This document shows positions 18,766-32,845 of a stretch of 64,000 bases of DNA, piece after piece. The stretch's first letter is position 1. Each line of letters begins with the position of its first letter. Where the stretch lies: NCBI RefSeq assembly GCF_044324785.1, contig NZ_CP172127.1; one strand, written 5' to 3'. The stretch is from Escherichia coli (lineage in GTDB: Bacteria; Pseudomonadota; Gammaproteobacteria; Enterobacterales; Enterobacteriaceae). The translations under genes and the position numbers were made by a program. A model generated the notes under the pieces. That model ran no database searches, was not told the origin of the DNA, and was given only the letters and a program-made list of their open reading frames with translations.

Positions 18766-19881
18766 TTAGAACTGGTAGACGATACCAACTGCAAACTGGT
18801 CATCAGCTGCTGCGCCAGTAATGGCGGCGTCATCTTTATCCAGCATGTTGAATTTGTATGCAGTATAAACGTTCATGTTCTTATTGAAGTAGTACCAGGT
18901 ACCAACTTCAATGTAGTTCACACGGTCAGCGTCAACATATCTATGTCCAGGTACACCTTTGATATCTTTACCTTTAGAATACACATAACCTAAGGACGGA
19001 CGCAGACCAAAGTCGAATTGATACTGAACAACCGCTTCAAAGTTCTGGGTTTCATTGATAAGTTGATCACGCATTATTGTATTGCCTTCTCGATCGGCAA
19101 CACCTGTATCAATAGAACCCGGAGTCATATTACGAGTTTCACCGTACATTACAGCTGCGTAGACATTGTTCGCGTCATACTTTGCAGCCAATGACCACAG
19201 TTCAGCATTTGAACCGTTTCCATCGGCAACTTGATCGTTGGTGCGATCAGATTTGCTATATGCACCAACGATACCAAAACCATTGATGTTATAGTCTACA
19301 GACAACGCATAGCCGTCACCATTTTGTTTCTTAGTGCTACGGTTGCTGTTTTTGCCTTGGTACTGAATCGCAAAATCAAGACCATCAACCAGGCCAAAGA
19401 AATCATAGTTACGGTAGGTTGCAACACCGTTGGTACGACCATTCATGAAGTTGTCAGCGGAAGCCCAGGAATCGCCACCCCATTCAACTAACATATCGGT
19501 ATAAGCTGCGGCATCATAAGCAACACCGTAGTTACGGCCATAGTCAAATGATCCTAACTCGTTATATTTCAAACCGGCGAAGGTTAAACGGGTTTTTTCC
19601 TGGTTTTCACCTTCAGGTTTGCTGGCGTCGAGGTTGTATTCAAACTGACCGAAACCAGTCAGTTCGCTGGTGATTTGGGTTTCACCTTTAACACCGAAAC
19701 GAGCATAGGAGGTATCTTCGTTTTCGCTGTTATTATCATCAGTATTTGACCAGATGCGTTCGCCAACCATCTTGCCGTAGAAATCAACTTTATTGCCATC
19801 TTTATTATAAATTTCAGCCGCATTTGCTGCGCCAGCAACTAATAACGCCGGGACCAGCATTGCCAGAACTTTTCTTTTCAT
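18766..19881 (-). CDS. yedS: OmpC/OmpF-family outer-membrane porin, apparently intact (YedS-like)
   Basis: Signal peptide [21 protein letters not shown], then [10 protein letters not shown], and C-terminal ...VGIVYQF typical of general porins. One uninterrupted ORF at the K-12 yedS position. Confidence 0.85.
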   Translation of the reverse strand: MKRKVLAMLVPALLVAGAANAAEIYNKDGNKVDFYGKMVGERIWSNTDDNNSENEDTSYARFGVKGETQITSELTGFGQFEYNLDASKPEGENQEKTRLTFAGLKYNELGSFDYGRNYGVAYDAAAYTDMLVEWGGDSWASADNFMNGRTNGVATYRNYDFFGLVDGLDFAIQYQGKNSNRSTKKQNGDGYALSVDYNINGFGIVGAYSKSDRTNDQVADGNGSNAELWSLAAKYDANNVYAAVMYGETRNMTPGSIDTGVADREGNTIMRDQLINETQNFEAVVQYQFDFGLRPSLGYVYSKGKDIKGVPGHRYVDADRVNYIEVGTWYYFNKNMNVYTAYKFNMLDKDDAAITGAAADDQFAVGIVYQF

Positions 19882-20192
19882 TATGTATTCCCTTGTGATT
19901 ATAATCTTCATGAATATATCAATAAGTGCCGTTATCCAAAAAAAAGCACATTTGGATACTATTCTATGAAGTTCATTTTATTTTAAGGATTACATGTAAC
20001 AAATGTATTTAAAAGATTTCAAAATGTTTCTAATCTATTTAATATAATTCAGAATTATGAATTCTAGATATAAATATTCATGATAATTATGAATATATAT
20101 CAATATGTTATGAGTTGATTGGAAAGATAGGAAGTATCAATGATTGCGGCGCTAAACGGCTGATGTGATCACGCGCACATTAATGAAGGCAT

Positions 20193-20220
20193 AAAAAAAA
20201 GCCGGCATCATGCCGGCCCA
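20193..20220 (-). terminator. Strong rho-independent terminator (minus strand) in the yedS-yedR intergenic region
   Basis: GC-rich hairpin GCCGGCATCATGCCGGC, followed on the minus strand by eight T. Confidence 0.6.
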
Positions 20221-20429
20221 AAAAATATAAACAAGACGATAAAAGGCTAATAACGGGGTTATCATGACACAGAAATCAAAAAAGGTATAATTGAATTCGC
20301 TGCTAATATATTGTTTAGGTGAATTAATAAAACCATTACCATAGATAATAATAAATCTTCATTGCTGTTTTTCCGGTAATTATTGCCGTTGCGCAAAAAT
20401 TATCTATTTGTTCAAAAAATGATTGAGTC

Positions 20430-20813
20430 TTGACTGGCTCATCCAATGTGGAAAAATGTGACTTTTATCACATAATAGTACTAAGTCTGAATTTTCCGGG
20501 TTATCTCAAAATGGAATACGGTTCGACAAAGATGGAAGAGAGACTCTCTCGCAGCCCTGGCGGCAAATTGGCTTTGTGGGCTTTCTATACATGGTGTGGC
20601 TATTTTGTCTGGGCAATGGCGCGTTACATCTGGGTGATGAGCCGGATCCCCGAAGCCCCCGTGTCGGGATTTGAAAGCGATTTAGGCTCTACCGCGGGAA
20701 AGTGGTTAGGGGCACTGGTCGGCTTTTTATTTATGGCACTGGTCGGGGCATTGTTAGGCAGCATTGCCTGGTACACCCGACCTCGTCCCGCACGTAGCAG
20801 ACGCTATGAATAA
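20430..20813 (+). CDS. yedR: Inner-membrane protein YedR
   Basis: Small two-TM protein at the conserved position upstream of yedJ; exact start uncertain. Confidence 0.65.
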   Translation: MTGSSNVEKCDFYHIIVLSLNFPGYLKMEYGSTKMEERLSRSPGGKLALWAFYTWCGYFVWAMARYIWVMSRIPEAPVSGFESDLGSTAGKWLGALVGFLFMALVGALLGSIAWYTRPRPARSRRYE

Positions 20814-20852
20814 AAACTGCTAAGGTTGCGACTCTTTGGCAACGGAGCGCGT

Positions 20853-21548
20853 ATGGACGTACAACACTGGCAGGCACAGTTCGAAAACTGGTTGAAAAAC
20901 CATCATCAGCACCAGGACGCGGCCCATGACGTATGTCATTTTCGCCGTGTCTGGGCTACGGCACAGAAGCTGGCGGCAGATGACGATGTCGATATGCTGG
21001 TGATTTTAACCGCCTGTTATTTTCACGATATTGTGATCCTGGCGAAAAATCATCCACAACGGCAGCGTTCTTCAATCCTGGCGGCAGAAGAAACGCGTCG
21101 CCTGCTCCGTGAAGAGTTCGTGCAATTTCCGGCGGAGAAAATTGAGGCCGTTTGTCATGCCATTGCCGCGCACAGTTTCAGCGCGCAAATCGCCCCCTTA
21201 ACAACGGAAGCTAAAATCGTCCAGGATGCGGATCGGCTGGAAGCCCTGGGGGCGATTGGCCTGGCGCGCGTGTTTGCCGTTTCAGGGGCATTGGGCGTGG
21301 CGCTGTTTGATGGCGAAGATCCGTTCGCACAGCATCGCCCGCTGGATGATAAACGCTACGCGCTGGATCATTTCCAGACTAAGTTGCTGAAGCTACCGCA
21401 AACCATGCAAACCGCAAGAGGCAAGCAGCTGGCGCAGCACAACGCGCAATTTTTAGTCGAGTTTATGGCGAAGCTCAGTGCCGAACTGGCGGGGGAGAAT
21501 GAAGGTGTCGATCACAAGGTGATAGATACGTTTTCACCCGTGGGCTGA
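20853..21548 (+). CDS. yedJ: HD-domain phosphohydrolase YedJ
   Basis: HD motif (CYFHDIV); start chosen at MDVQHWQ. Confidence 0.8.
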   Translation: MDVQHWQAQFENWLKNHHQHQDAAHDVCHFRRVWATAQKLAADDDVDMLVILTACYFHDIVILAKNHPQRQRSSILAAEETRRLLREEFVQFPAEKIEAVCHAIAAHSFSAQIAPLTTEAKIVQDADRLEALGAIGLARVFAVSGALGVALFDGEDPFAQHRPLDDKRYALDHFQTKLLKLPQTMQTARGKQLAQHNAQFLVEFMAKLSAELAGENEGVDHKVIDTFSPVG

Positions 21549-21614
21549 GCGCGTGGCCCTAAATGGCTGTAATTATGTTAACCTGTCGGCCATCTCAGAT
21601 GGCCGGTTAAATCT

Positions 21615-23033
21615 ATGCAGGAAAATATATCAGTAACCGATTCATACAGCACCGGGAATGCCGCACAGGCAATGCTGGAGAAACTGCTGCAAATTTATGA
21701 TGTTAAAACGCTGGTGGCGCAGCTTAATGGTGTGGGTGAGAATCACTGGAGCGCGGCAATTTTAAAACGTGCGCTGGCGAATGACTCGGCATGGCACCGT
21801 TTAAGTGAGAAAGAGTTCGCCCATCTGCAAACGTTGTTACCCAAACCACCGGCACATCATCCGCATTATGCGTTTCGCTTTATCGATCTATTTGCCGGAA
21901 TTGGCGGCATCCGTCGCGGTTTTGAATCGATTGGCGGACAGTGCGTCTTTACCAGCGAATGGAACAAACATGCGGTTCGCACTTATAAAGCCAACCATTA
22001 TTGCGATCCGGCGACGCATCATTTTAATGAAGATATCCGCGACATCACCCTCAGCCATAAAGACGGCGTGAGTGATGAGTCGGCGGCAGAACATATTCGT
22101 CAACACATTCCTGAACACGATGTATTACTGGCCGGTTTTCCTTGTCAGCCATTTTCGCTGGCTGGCGTATCGAAAAAGAACTCGCTCGGGCGGGCGCACG
22201 GTTTTGCCTGCGATACCCAGGGCACGCTGTTCTTTGATGTGGTGCGCATTATCGACGCGCGTCGTCCGGCGATGTTTGTGCTCGAAAACGTCAAAAACCT
22301 GAAAAGTCACGATAAAGGAAAAACGTTCCGCATCATCATGCAGACGCTGGACGAACTGGGCTATGACGTGGCTGATGCAGAAGATAACGGGCCAGACGAT
22401 CCGAAAATCATCGACGGCAAACATTTTCTGCCGCAGCACCGTGAACGCATCGTGCTGGTGGGTTTTCGTCGCGATCTGAATCTGAAAGCCGATTTTACCC
22501 TGCGTGATATCAGCGAATGTTTTCCTGCGCAGCGAGTGACGCTGGCCCAGCTGCTGGACCCGATGGTCGAGGCGAAATATATCCTGACGCCGGTGCTGTG
22601 GAAGTACCTCTATCGATATGCGAAAAAACATCAGGCGCGCGGTAACGGCTTCGGTTATGGAATGGTTTATCCGAACAATCCGCAAAGCGTCACGCGTACG
22701 TTGTCTGCGCGTTATTACAAAGATGGCGCAGAAATTTTAATCGATCGCGGCTGGGATATGGCAACGGGTGAGAAAGACTTTGACGATCCGCTGAATCAGC
22801 AACATCGCCCACGTCGGTTAACGCCTCGGGAATGCGCGCGTTTAATGGGGTTTGAAGCGCCGGGAGAAGCGAAATTCCGCATTCCGGTTTCGGACACTCA
22901 GGCCTATCGCCAGTTCGGTAACTCGGTGGTCGTACCGGTCTTTGCCGCGGTGGCAAAACTGCTTGAGCCAAAAATCAAACAGGCGGTGGCGTTGCGTCAG
23001 CAAGAGGCACAACATGGCCGACGTTCACGATAA
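21615..23033 (+). CDS. dcm: DNA-cytosine C5-methyltransferase Dcm
   Basis: 472 aa with the F-G-G motif ([11 protein letters not shown]), PCQ catalytic motif ([11 protein letters not shown]) and ENV motif (FVLENVKNL). Confidence 0.95.
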   Translation: MQENISVTDSYSTGNAAQAMLEKLLQIYDVKTLVAQLNGVGENHWSAAILKRALANDSAWHRLSEKEFAHLQTLLPKPPAHHPHYAFRFIDLFAGIGGIRRGFESIGGQCVFTSEWNKHAVRTYKANHYCDPATHHFNEDIRDITLSHKDGVSDESAAEHIRQHIPEHDVLLAGFPCQPFSLAGVSKKNSLGRAHGFACDTQGTLFFDVVRIIDARRPAMFVLENVKNLKSHDKGKTFRIIMQTLDELGYDVADAEDNGPDDPKIIDGKHFLPQHRERIVLVGFRRDLNLKADFTLRDISECFPAQRVTLAQLLDPMVEAKYILTPVLWKYLYRYAKKHQARGNGFGYGMVYPNNPQSVTRTLSARYYKDGAEILIDRGWDMATGEKDFDDPLNQQHRPRRLTPRECARLMGFEAPGEAKFRIPVSDTQAYRQFGNSVVVPVFAAVAKLLEPKIKQAVALRQQEAQHGRRSR

Positions 23034-23484
23034 GGCCACACGCAGCAAAAATATGCGCGCGATTGCCACGCGTGATACGGCGATTGAGAAGCGCCTCGCC
23101 AGTTTGTTAACCGGGCAGGGACTGGCGTTTCGCGTTCAGGACGCGGATCTCCCCGGACGCCCGGATTTTGTCGTTGATGAATATCGCTGCGTGATATTTA
23201 CCCACGGCTGCTTCTGGCACCATCATCACTGCTATCTGTTTAAAGTGCCTGCGACTCGAACCGGGTTCTGGCTGGAGAAGATAGGTAAAAATGTTGAGCG
23301 CGATCGCCGCGATATCAGTCGCTTGCAGGAACTCGGCTGGCGCGTATTGATTGTCTGGGAGTGTGCGTTACGTGGGCGCGAGAAGCTGACGGATGAAGCG
23401 CTTAGCGAGCGTCTGGAAGAGTGGATCTGCGGCGAAGGAGCCAGCGCGCAGATCGACACGCAGGGGATTCATTTACTCGCTTGA
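23014..23484 (+). CDS. vsr: Very-short-patch repair endonuclease Vsr
   Basis: 156 aa starting [17 protein letters not shown]...; its 5' end overlaps the dcm 3' end in another frame, the classic dcm-vsr arrangement. Confidence 0.9.
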   Translation: MADVHDKATRSKNMRAIATRDTAIEKRLASLLTGQGLAFRVQDADLPGRPDFVVDEYRCVIFTHGCFWHHHHCYLFKVPATRTGFWLEKIGKNVERDRRDISRLQELGWRVLIVWECALRGREKLTDEALSERLEEWICGEGASAQIDTQGIHLLA

Positions 23485-24393
23485 TGCGTCCTGAATAACG
23501 GGCGCAACTACGGGTTTGGCCGGGAAGAGATATTTTCCCAACGTGACCAGTACCACCGCGAAGACAATCACGCCGAGCGCCAGCCATTCAATCTTCGACA
23601 GCGTCTCTCCGCCCAGTCCCGTACCCAGCAAGACCGCGACCACAGGGTTAACGTAGGCGTAGCTGGTGGCGAGAGCCGGACTGACGTTGCGGATTAAATA
23701 CATATAAGCGTTAATGGCGATAATCGAACCAAACAGCGCCAGATAGCCGACCGCAAGGAAGCCTGAAAGGGAAGGGAGCGCCGTCAGTTTTTCACCCGCA
23801 ATCATCGACGCGATCATTAACACCACGCCTGCCGCAAGCATCTCAATCGCACCCGCCATCATCCCTACAGGTAAGGTAATGCGCGAGCCATAAACTGAGC
23901 CAAACGCCCAGCTAATCGAGCCGATTAAAATCAGAATCGCGCCCCACGGATTGCCGCTTAAATTTCCACCGCTATTGAGCATGATGATTCCGGCAAGTCC
24001 AATGGCGATACCCACCCATTCCAGTTTGCGCGTTTTAATGCCAAACAGGCGGCTGAAGCACAGGGTAAAGAGGGGCACGGTTGCAACCACTACGGCGGCG
24101 ATGCCGGAAGGAACATTTTGATGTTCGGCAACCGTTACCATGCCATTACCGACAGCCAGCAATAACAGGCCAATCAGCGCGGCATTGAGCAGCGGACGTA
24201 GCGGGGGGAGCTTGTGTCCGCGCAGTAGCAAAAATGCCAGCAATAAAATACCGGCTGCCAGGAATCGCACGCCCGCCATCATTAACGGCGGCCAGCTTTC
24301 CACGCCAATCCGAATGACAAAATAGGTTGAGCCCCAAATGATATACAACGCAAACAGCGCGCCAAAAAGCGGTAACAACTGGCGGAAACGCAT
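23473..24393 (-). CDS. yedA: EamA-family (DMT) transporter YedA
   Basis: 306-aa polytopic membrane protein; position. Confidence 0.85.
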   Translation of the reverse strand: MRFRQLLPLFGALFALYIIWGSTYFVIRIGVESWPPLMMAGVRFLAAGILLLAFLLLRGHKLPPLRPLLNAALIGLLLLAVGNGMVTVAEHQNVPSGIAAVVVATVPLFTLCFSRLFGIKTRKLEWVGIAIGLAGIIMLNSGGNLSGNPWGAILILIGSISWAFGSVYGSRITLPVGMMAGAIEMLAAGVVLMIASMIAGEKLTALPSLSGFLAVGYLALFGSIIAINAYMYLIRNVSPALATSYAYVNPVVAVLLGTGLGGETLSKIEWLALGVIVFAVVLVTLGKYLFPAKPVVAPVIQDASSE

Positions 24394-24565
24394 AATCCCT
24401 CACGGTGGAAATAAAAAGGTGGTTCATAGTAAACGTGAAAATCATTCTGCTGGCGAGAGATATAATTGCACTTGATTGTTAAAAAAATGTTGACCTGTGA
24501 AGCAAGTATCAGAGCTGCCGTTTTTGCTTCATACTTACACCCTTCAACAATAAAAATGAGAGGGA

Positions 24566-25483
24566 ATGCTTTTGGCCGGGAGTAGTTTACTGACGTTGCT
24601 CGATGATATCGCCACACTGCTGGACGATATTTCCGTGATGGGCAAACTGGCGGCGAAGAAAACCGCCGGTGTATTAGGGGATGACTTATCGCTCAATGCG
24701 CAACAAGTTTCAGGCGTGCGGGCCAACCGGGAACTTCCCGTGGTCTGGGGCGTGGCGAAAGGATCGCTGATCAATAAAGTGATTCTGGTGCCGCTGGCGC
24801 TGATCATCAGTGCGTTTATCCCGTGGGCGATTACGCCACTGTTGATGATTGGCGGCGCGTTTCTCTGCTTTGAAGGGGTAGAGAAAGTGCTGCATATGCT
24901 GGAGGCGCGTAAACATAAAGAAGATCCGGCGCAGAGTCAGCAGCGTCTGGAGAAGCTGGCGGCGCAGGATCCGCTGAAGTTTGAAAAGGACAAAATAAAA
25001 GGGGCGATTCGTACCGATTTTATATTGTCTGCGGAAATCGTCGCCATCACGCTGGGGATTGTGGCAGAAGCGCCGTTGCTTAATCAGGTGCTGGTGCTTT
25101 CAGGCATCGCGCTGGTAGTGACCGTGGGCGTCTACGGTCTGGTAGGGGTTATCGTTAAGATTGATGACCTGGGGTATTGGTTGGCGGAAAAATCCAGCGC
25201 GCTGATGCAGGCATTAGGTAAAGGGTTATTGATTATCGCGCCCTGGTTGATGAAAGCGTTATCGATTGTCGGCACGCTGGCGATGTTCCTCGTCGGCGGC
25301 GGGATTGTGGTACATGGTATTGCGCCGCTGCATCACGCCATTGAACATTTCGCCGGGCAGCAAAGTGCAGTGGTGGCGATGATATTACCGACTGTTTTAA
25401 ATCTGATTCTTGGATTTATCATCGGCGGCATCGTGGTGCTGGGAGTGAAAGCAGTAGCGAAAATGCGCGGTCAGGCACATTAA
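24566..25483 (+). CDS. yedI: DUF808 inner-membrane protein YedI
   Basis: 305 aa; recognised. Confidence 0.85.
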   Translation: MLLAGSSLLTLLDDIATLLDDISVMGKLAAKKTAGVLGDDLSLNAQQVSGVRANRELPVVWGVAKGSLINKVILVPLALIISAFIPWAITPLLMIGGAFLCFEGVEKVLHMLEARKHKEDPAQSQQRLEKLAAQDPLKFEKDKIKGAIRTDFILSAEIVAITLGIVAEAPLLNQVLVLSGIALVVTVGVYGLVGVIVKIDDLGYWLAEKSSALMQALGKGLLIIAPWLMKALSIVGTLAMFLVGGGIVVHGIAPLHHAIEHFAGQQSAVVAMILPTVLNLILGFIIGGIVVLGVKAVAKMRGQAH

Positions 25484-25561
25484 TACTCGCACTGGCTATT
25501 ATGCAAAATTCGCCATCTTCAACTAAGGTGAACAAGTTTCACTCGAAAAAAGGAGGCGAGT

Positions 25562-25744
25562 ATGAGCTTTATGGTTAGTGAGGAAGTTACGGTTAAAGAG
25601 GGCGGCCCGCGGATGATTGTCACCGGATACTCCAGCGGTATGGTTGAGTGTCGTTGGTATGACGGTTACGGGGTCAAGCGGGAAGCTTTTCATGAAACCG
25701 AGCTTGTTCCAGGGGAGGGGAGTCGTCCTGCGGAAGAAGTTTGA
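25562..25744 (+). CDS. yodC: Small protein YodC
   Basis: 60 aa; recognised, with conserved position. Confidence 0.8.
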   Translation: MSFMVSEEVTVKEGGPRMIVTGYSSGMVECRWYDGYGVKREAFHETELVPGEGSRPAEEV

Positions 25745-25914
25745 AAGGGTATCATTAACACCAGGCCGGATCACATCCGGCCTGGTGTGCCAATGCCTGC
25801 AATGAATGATAGTCGCGTCTTATCATGCCACCATTATAAAATTATCGCTGTTTTGCGGTACGTTATCGCCGGGTTATGCCAGAATCATAAAAAAGCAGGT
25901 TGGGAGTCGTCAGG

Positions 25915-28439
<2,525 letters not shown>

Positions 28440-28618
28440 TTACCAGGATGATTCTCAAAACAGCACAAATTATCAAAGATGATTTTTTCGGGAGCGATCC
28501 CGTTGACGCCAGAGCCACCAAGGGGTGACGCGCGTCACATTTCTATTCATAAGTAGCGTTAATCATTCATATCACGAATATTTTCTTGTCAGCGAAAAAA
28601 ATTGCGGATAAGGTGATG

Positions 28619-28708
28619 AACACATCAGATTTCCTGGTGTAACGAATTTTTTAAGTGCTTCTTGCTTAAGCAAGTTTCATCCCGACCCCCTCAGGGTCGG
28701 GATTTTTT
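28619..28708 (+). ncRNA. dsrA: DsrA small regulatory RNA
   Basis: AACACATCAGATTTCCTGGTGTAACGAATTTTTTAAGTGCTTCTTGCTTAAGCAAGTTTCATCCCGACCCCCTCAGGGTCGGGATTTTTTT matches DsrA as I remember it, including the terminator hairpin and U-tail. Confidence 0.9.
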
Positions 28709-28718
28709 TATTGTGCAT

Positions 28719-28946
28719 TCAACGATTCACTTCAGAGACGCTGAAGTCATGAATATCCAGTTCGAAGGCATCCGCCAATTCACGCCATGTATGATATTCA
28801 CGTCCATCGACGCTAACGTGTTCAGAATCGTTCTGGCTGCGATGAACTTCGCTTTCGCTAATTTCATTGATCGCCGCCAGCAGGGCATCGACATCGACGC
28901 TGACCTCACGTTTTGCGGTATCGCTGTACTCTTTTGCGGTTTTCAT
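28719..28946 (-). CDS. yodD: Stress-induced small protein YodD
   Basis: About 75 aa (MKTAKEYSDTAKREV...); recognised; start approximate. Confidence 0.8.
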   Translation of the reverse strand: MKTAKEYSDTAKREVSVDVDALLAAINEISESEVHRSQNDSEHVSVDGREYHTWRELADAFELDIHDFSVSEVNR

Positions 28947-29018
28947 CATCTTTCCTCGCAACCGTTACTCTGTTGTTGCCGCCAGTCGTTAAGTCCGCCT
29001 GGCATCTCTTAAGTATAG

Positions 29019-29297
<279 letters not shown>

Positions 29298-29340
29298 TCT
29301 AATTCAGCCTGACTGGTGGGAAACCACCAGTCAGAATGTG

Positions 29341-29964
29341 TTAGCGCATGTTGACAAAAATACCATTAGTCACATTATCCGTCAGTCGGACGACATGGTA
29401 GATAACCTGTTTATTATGCGTTTTGATCTTACGTTTAATATTACCTTTATGCGATGAAACGGTCTTGGCTTTGATATTCATTTGGTCGGAGATTTGAATG
29501 GTACCCTGACCTGCCATCCACATTCGCAACATACTCGATTCGGTTCGGCTCAATGATAACGTCGGCATATTTAAAAACGAGGTTATCGTTGTCTCTTTTT
29601 TCAGAATATCGCCAAGGATATCGTCGAGAGATTCCGGTTTAATCGATTTAGAACTGATCAATAAATTTTTTCTGACCAATAGATATTCATCAAAATGAAC
29701 ATTGGCTATTGCCATAAAAACGATAAATAACGTATTGGGATGTTGATTAATGATGAGCTTGATACGCTGACTGTTAGAAGCATCGTGGATGAAACAGTCC
29801 TCATTAATAAACACCACTGAAGGGCGCTGTGAATCACAAGCTATGGCAAGGTCATCAACGGTTTCAATGTCGTTGATTTCTCTTTTTTTAACCCCTCTAC
29901 TCAACAGATACCCGGTTAAACCTAGTCGGGTGTAACTACATAAATCCATAATAATCGTTGACAT
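29341..29964 (-). CDS. rcsA: Capsule synthesis regulator RcsA (LuxR-family)
   Basis: 207 aa with C-terminal LuxR-type HTH; recognised. Confidence 0.9.
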
Positions 29965-30253
29965 GGCATACCCTCACTCAATGCGTAACGATAATTCCCC
30001 TTACCTGAATATTTCATCATGACTAAACGGAACAACATGGGTCACCTAATGCGCCACTCTCGCGATTTTTCAGGCGGACTTACTATCCCGTAAAGTGTTG
30101 TATAATTTGCCTGGAATTGTCTTAAAGTAAAGTAAATGTTGCGATATGTGAGTGAGCTTAAAACAAATATTTCGCCGCAGGAGTATCCTGGAAGATGTTC
30201 GTAGGTATTATTTTTCGGATAATCCTTAGGATAACATGATAAACGTTACGGAA

Positions 30254-31039
30254 TTATATTAATGGCAATTCACTAATAATATCAGCCAGCAAATTAAACA
30301 TCTCACTGAATAAATGTTCGCAAAAAGGCGCAATTAACGGCATTAATGCCGCCATTAAAGAGATACCGACAGTCAGAGTTAATGGAAATCCAATAACAAA
30401 AATGGATAATTGCGGAGCCATACGATTAAGTAAACCTAATGCCAGATTCAGGGTCAGCAGCAGAGTAATGAGCGGTAACGCCAGCATCAGCCCGTTAAGG
30501 AAAATCAAACTCCCTGCTTTGGTGAGTGCCAGAAACGCATTGCTGTTCAACGGTTCGCCACCAATTGGCAGGGTGTGAAAGGTATCGACCAGCAGTGAAA
30601 TCAACCATAAATGACCGTTAAATGTCAGGAACAGCAGTAACGCCAGCATATCCATGATACGCGCTAAAACGGGCATATTGAGATGGCTGGCCGGATCGAC
30701 AAACGTCGCAAATGACAGCCCCATTTGCAGACCGATAATTTCACCAGCGGTTCGCACAGCGGCAAAGGCAAATTGCATGGTAAAACCAAGCGCAATGCCG
30801 ATCAGGATCTGCTGCACGGCCAGCCACAGAGCAAAGAACGAAAAAACAGGAACATCGTTGGCAGGTAATGATGGGGCAATAGCGAACGTGATCATCATTG
30901 CCAGACCCAGTTTTACCCGTTTCGGCACGCTGCGTTCGCTCAGAATTGGCGCGGTAGAAATGAGCGCCAGCACGCGCAGTAACGGCCAGAAGTACAGACT
31001 TAGCCAGGAAAGCCATTGATCGCTTGTCACCTGCAACAT
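30254..31039 (-). CDS. fliR: Flagellar export apparatus protein FliR
   Basis: 261-aa membrane protein, last gene of the fliL operon. Confidence 0.9.
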   Translation of the reverse strand: MLQVTSDQWLSWLSLYFWPLLRVLALISTAPILSERSVPKRVKLGLAMMITFAIAPSLPANDVPVFSFFALWLAVQQILIGIALGFTMQFAFAAVRTAGEIIGLQMGLSFATFVDPASHLNMPVLARIMDMLALLLFLTFNGHLWLISLLVDTFHTLPIGGEPLNSNAFLALTKAGSLIFLNGLMLALPLITLLLTLNLALGLLNRMAPQLSIFVIGFPLTLTVGISLMAALMPLIAPFCEHLFSEMFNLLADIISELPLI

Positions 31040-31047
31040 TGTACGGG

Positions 31048-31317
31048 CTACCCGATGATATACGGCAGGTTAGTGAACAAGGTGCGGACGTAATCCAGCA
31101 ACAGATTGAGCATCCACGGTCCGGCAATAATAATGGCGATAAATACGGCGATGATTTTCGGAATAAACGACAGCGTCATTTCGTTGATCTGCGTGGCGGC
31201 CTGCAAAATACTGATGATAAGGCCCGTGACCAGCGCCACCAGCAACAGTGGGGCAGCCAGTGCCAGCGCGACTTTCATCGCTTCAGTCCCCATCATCATG
31301 ACCGATTCAGGTGTCAT
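31048..31317 (-). CDS. fliQ: Flagellar export apparatus protein FliQ
   Basis: 89 aa; recognised. Confidence 0.9.
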   Translation of the reverse strand: MTPESVMMMGTEAMKVALALAAPLLLVALVTGLIISILQAATQINEMTLSFIPKIIAVFIAIIIAGPWMLNLLLDYVRTLFTNLPYIIG

Positions 31318-31326
31318 TTTGCCTCT

Positions 31327-32064
31327 CTAGCTGTAAAAGCTCTGCGCCAGCGAACCGACCAGCAATTGCCAGCCATCCACCAGTACAAACAGCATCAGTT
31401 TAAAGGGCAGAGCAATGGTGGCTGGGGGAACCATCATCATCCCCAATGCCATCAACACGCTGGCAATCACCAGGTCGATAATCAAAAACGGAATGAAGAT
31501 CGTGAAGCCTATCTGAAATGCGGTTTTCAACTCGCTGGTCACGTAGGCTGGGAGCAAAATGCGCATCGGCACGGCTTCAGGTCCCTGCAACGGGCCGGTA
31601 TTCGCTAGTCTGGCAAACAACCCTAAATCCGCCTCACGGGTCTGACGCAGCATAAACTCACGTAGCGGCTGCGCCCCTTTTTCCAGCGCCTCCTGCATTG
31701 AGATTTTCTCTTCGCTGAATGGCTGGTACGCATCGACATAAATTTTGTCGATCACCGGTGACATAATAAAAAAGGTCAAAAACAGTGCCAGCCCCAGCAA
31801 TACCTGGTTAGGTGGCGCGGAGGGCGTTCCCAGCGCGTTACGCAATAAACCAAAAACAATGATGATGCGGGTGAAACTGGTCATCATCAGTAAAATTGCC
31901 GGAATAAACGTCAACGAGGTGATGAACACCAGCGTCTGCACCGGGAGCGACCAGCTTTGTCCACCGCCAGGCAGCGGCTGGCTGGTGATACCCGGCAGTT
32001 GCGCGAAGGCGAGGGGCGTAACCAGCCAGAGAAGGACAGGTGCGACAGACAACAAACGACGCAT
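31327..32064 (-). CDS. fliP: Flagellar export apparatus protein FliP
   Basis: 245 aa with signal peptide; recognised. Confidence 0.9.
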   Translation of the reverse strand: MRRLLSVAPVLLWLVTPLAFAQLPGITSQPLPGGGQSWSLPVQTLVFITSLTFIPAILLMMTSFTRIIIVFGLLRNALGTPSAPPNQVLLGLALFLTFFIMSPVIDKIYVDAYQPFSEEKISMQEALEKGAQPLREFMLRQTREADLGLFARLANTGPLQGPEAVPMRILLPAYVTSELKTAFQIGFTIFIPFLIIDLVIASVLMALGMMMVPPATIALPFKLMLFVLVDGWQLLVGSLAQSFYS

Positions 32065-32432
32065 CAGGATCTCCCGCTACGCTTAAGCAAGTTTTTCATG
32101 ACCGACTGAAAATCGGTCTGCGGTATCTCTTCCGTTGGTGCTGAAGGGGGAAGTTTATGCAGCAGATTGATTTGCCCTGCGGTAACGCCGAGCACCAGCC
32201 GTGCATCTTCCACATCGACCACCACAACCCGTTCACGCGCGCCCAGCGAAGCACTGGCGCTAATTTTCAGACCGTTAACGCCAGTTCGTTTAGGGGCAAA
32301 TCCCAGCCGTTTTACCAGCCAGGCAGCAGCGAGGATCAGGGCAATAATGGCGATGAGTGCGCCGCTCACCTGCAGCAGTGGCGCAGCAGAAATCGGCGCG
32401 GAAGATTGCACAGTAGCGTGGTTATTCATCAC
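32064..32432 (-). CDS. fliO: Flagellar protein FliO
   Basis: 122 aa, single TM; position. Confidence 0.85.
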   Translation of the reverse strand: MMNNHATVQSSAPISAAPLLQVSGALIAIIALILAAAWLVKRLGFAPKRTGVNGLKISASASLGARERVVVVDVEDARLVLGVTAGQINLLHKLPPSAPTEEIPQTDFQSVMKNLLKRSGRS

Positions 32433-32845
32433 TAACGGCTCAGGCGACGCATTCGCTCAGACGGAGTAATGATATCGGTGATCCGCACGCCATATTTATC
32501 GGCAACGACCACCACTTCGCCCTGGGCGATTAAATAACCGTTGATCAGAATATCCAGCGGTTCGCCCGCCAGACCGTCCAGCGCCACGACGGACCCTTGC
32601 GTCAGACGCAACAGCTCTTTGATGGTCATCCGCGTACGGCCCAGCTCGACGGTCAGCTTGACCGGAATATCCATAATCAGGTCGATATCCTGCAACGTTC
32701 CGCTGACATCTCCGCCGCCAAATTGCTGGAACACTGCGTCGGCAGCGCTTTTGCCGCTGGTTGATTTTTGTTCGCTCAACGCTTCAGCCCACAGATCGTC
32801 CATTGCGCCGTTGTTGTCATCGGCCGGATTATTCATGTCACTCAT
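32432..32845 (-). CDS. fliN: Flagellar motor switch protein FliN
   Basis: 137 aa; recognised. Confidence 0.9.
   Translation of the reverse strand: MSDMNNPADDNNGAMDDLWAEALSEQKSTSGKSAADAVFQQFGGGDVSGTLQDIDLIMDIPVKLTVELGRTRMTIKELLRLTQGSVVALDGLAGEPLDILINGYLIAQGEVVVVADKYGVRITDIITPSERMRRLSR

Noticed and set aside
22125-22685. 186-aa minus-strand ORF inside dcm
   Set aside because: Antisense to the strongly supported dcm reading frame; no motifs.
25759-25787. Hairpin after yodC (CACCAGGCCGGATCACATCCGGCCTGGTG) considered as a terminator
   Set aside because: Good stem but no U-tract on either strand; could be a REP-like or structural element. Not reported as a feature.
31024-31608. 194-aa plus-strand ORF rich in His, Gln and Arg overlapping the fliQ and fliP region
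   Set aside because: Antisense to conserved flagellar export genes; composition looks like mirror-frame noise.
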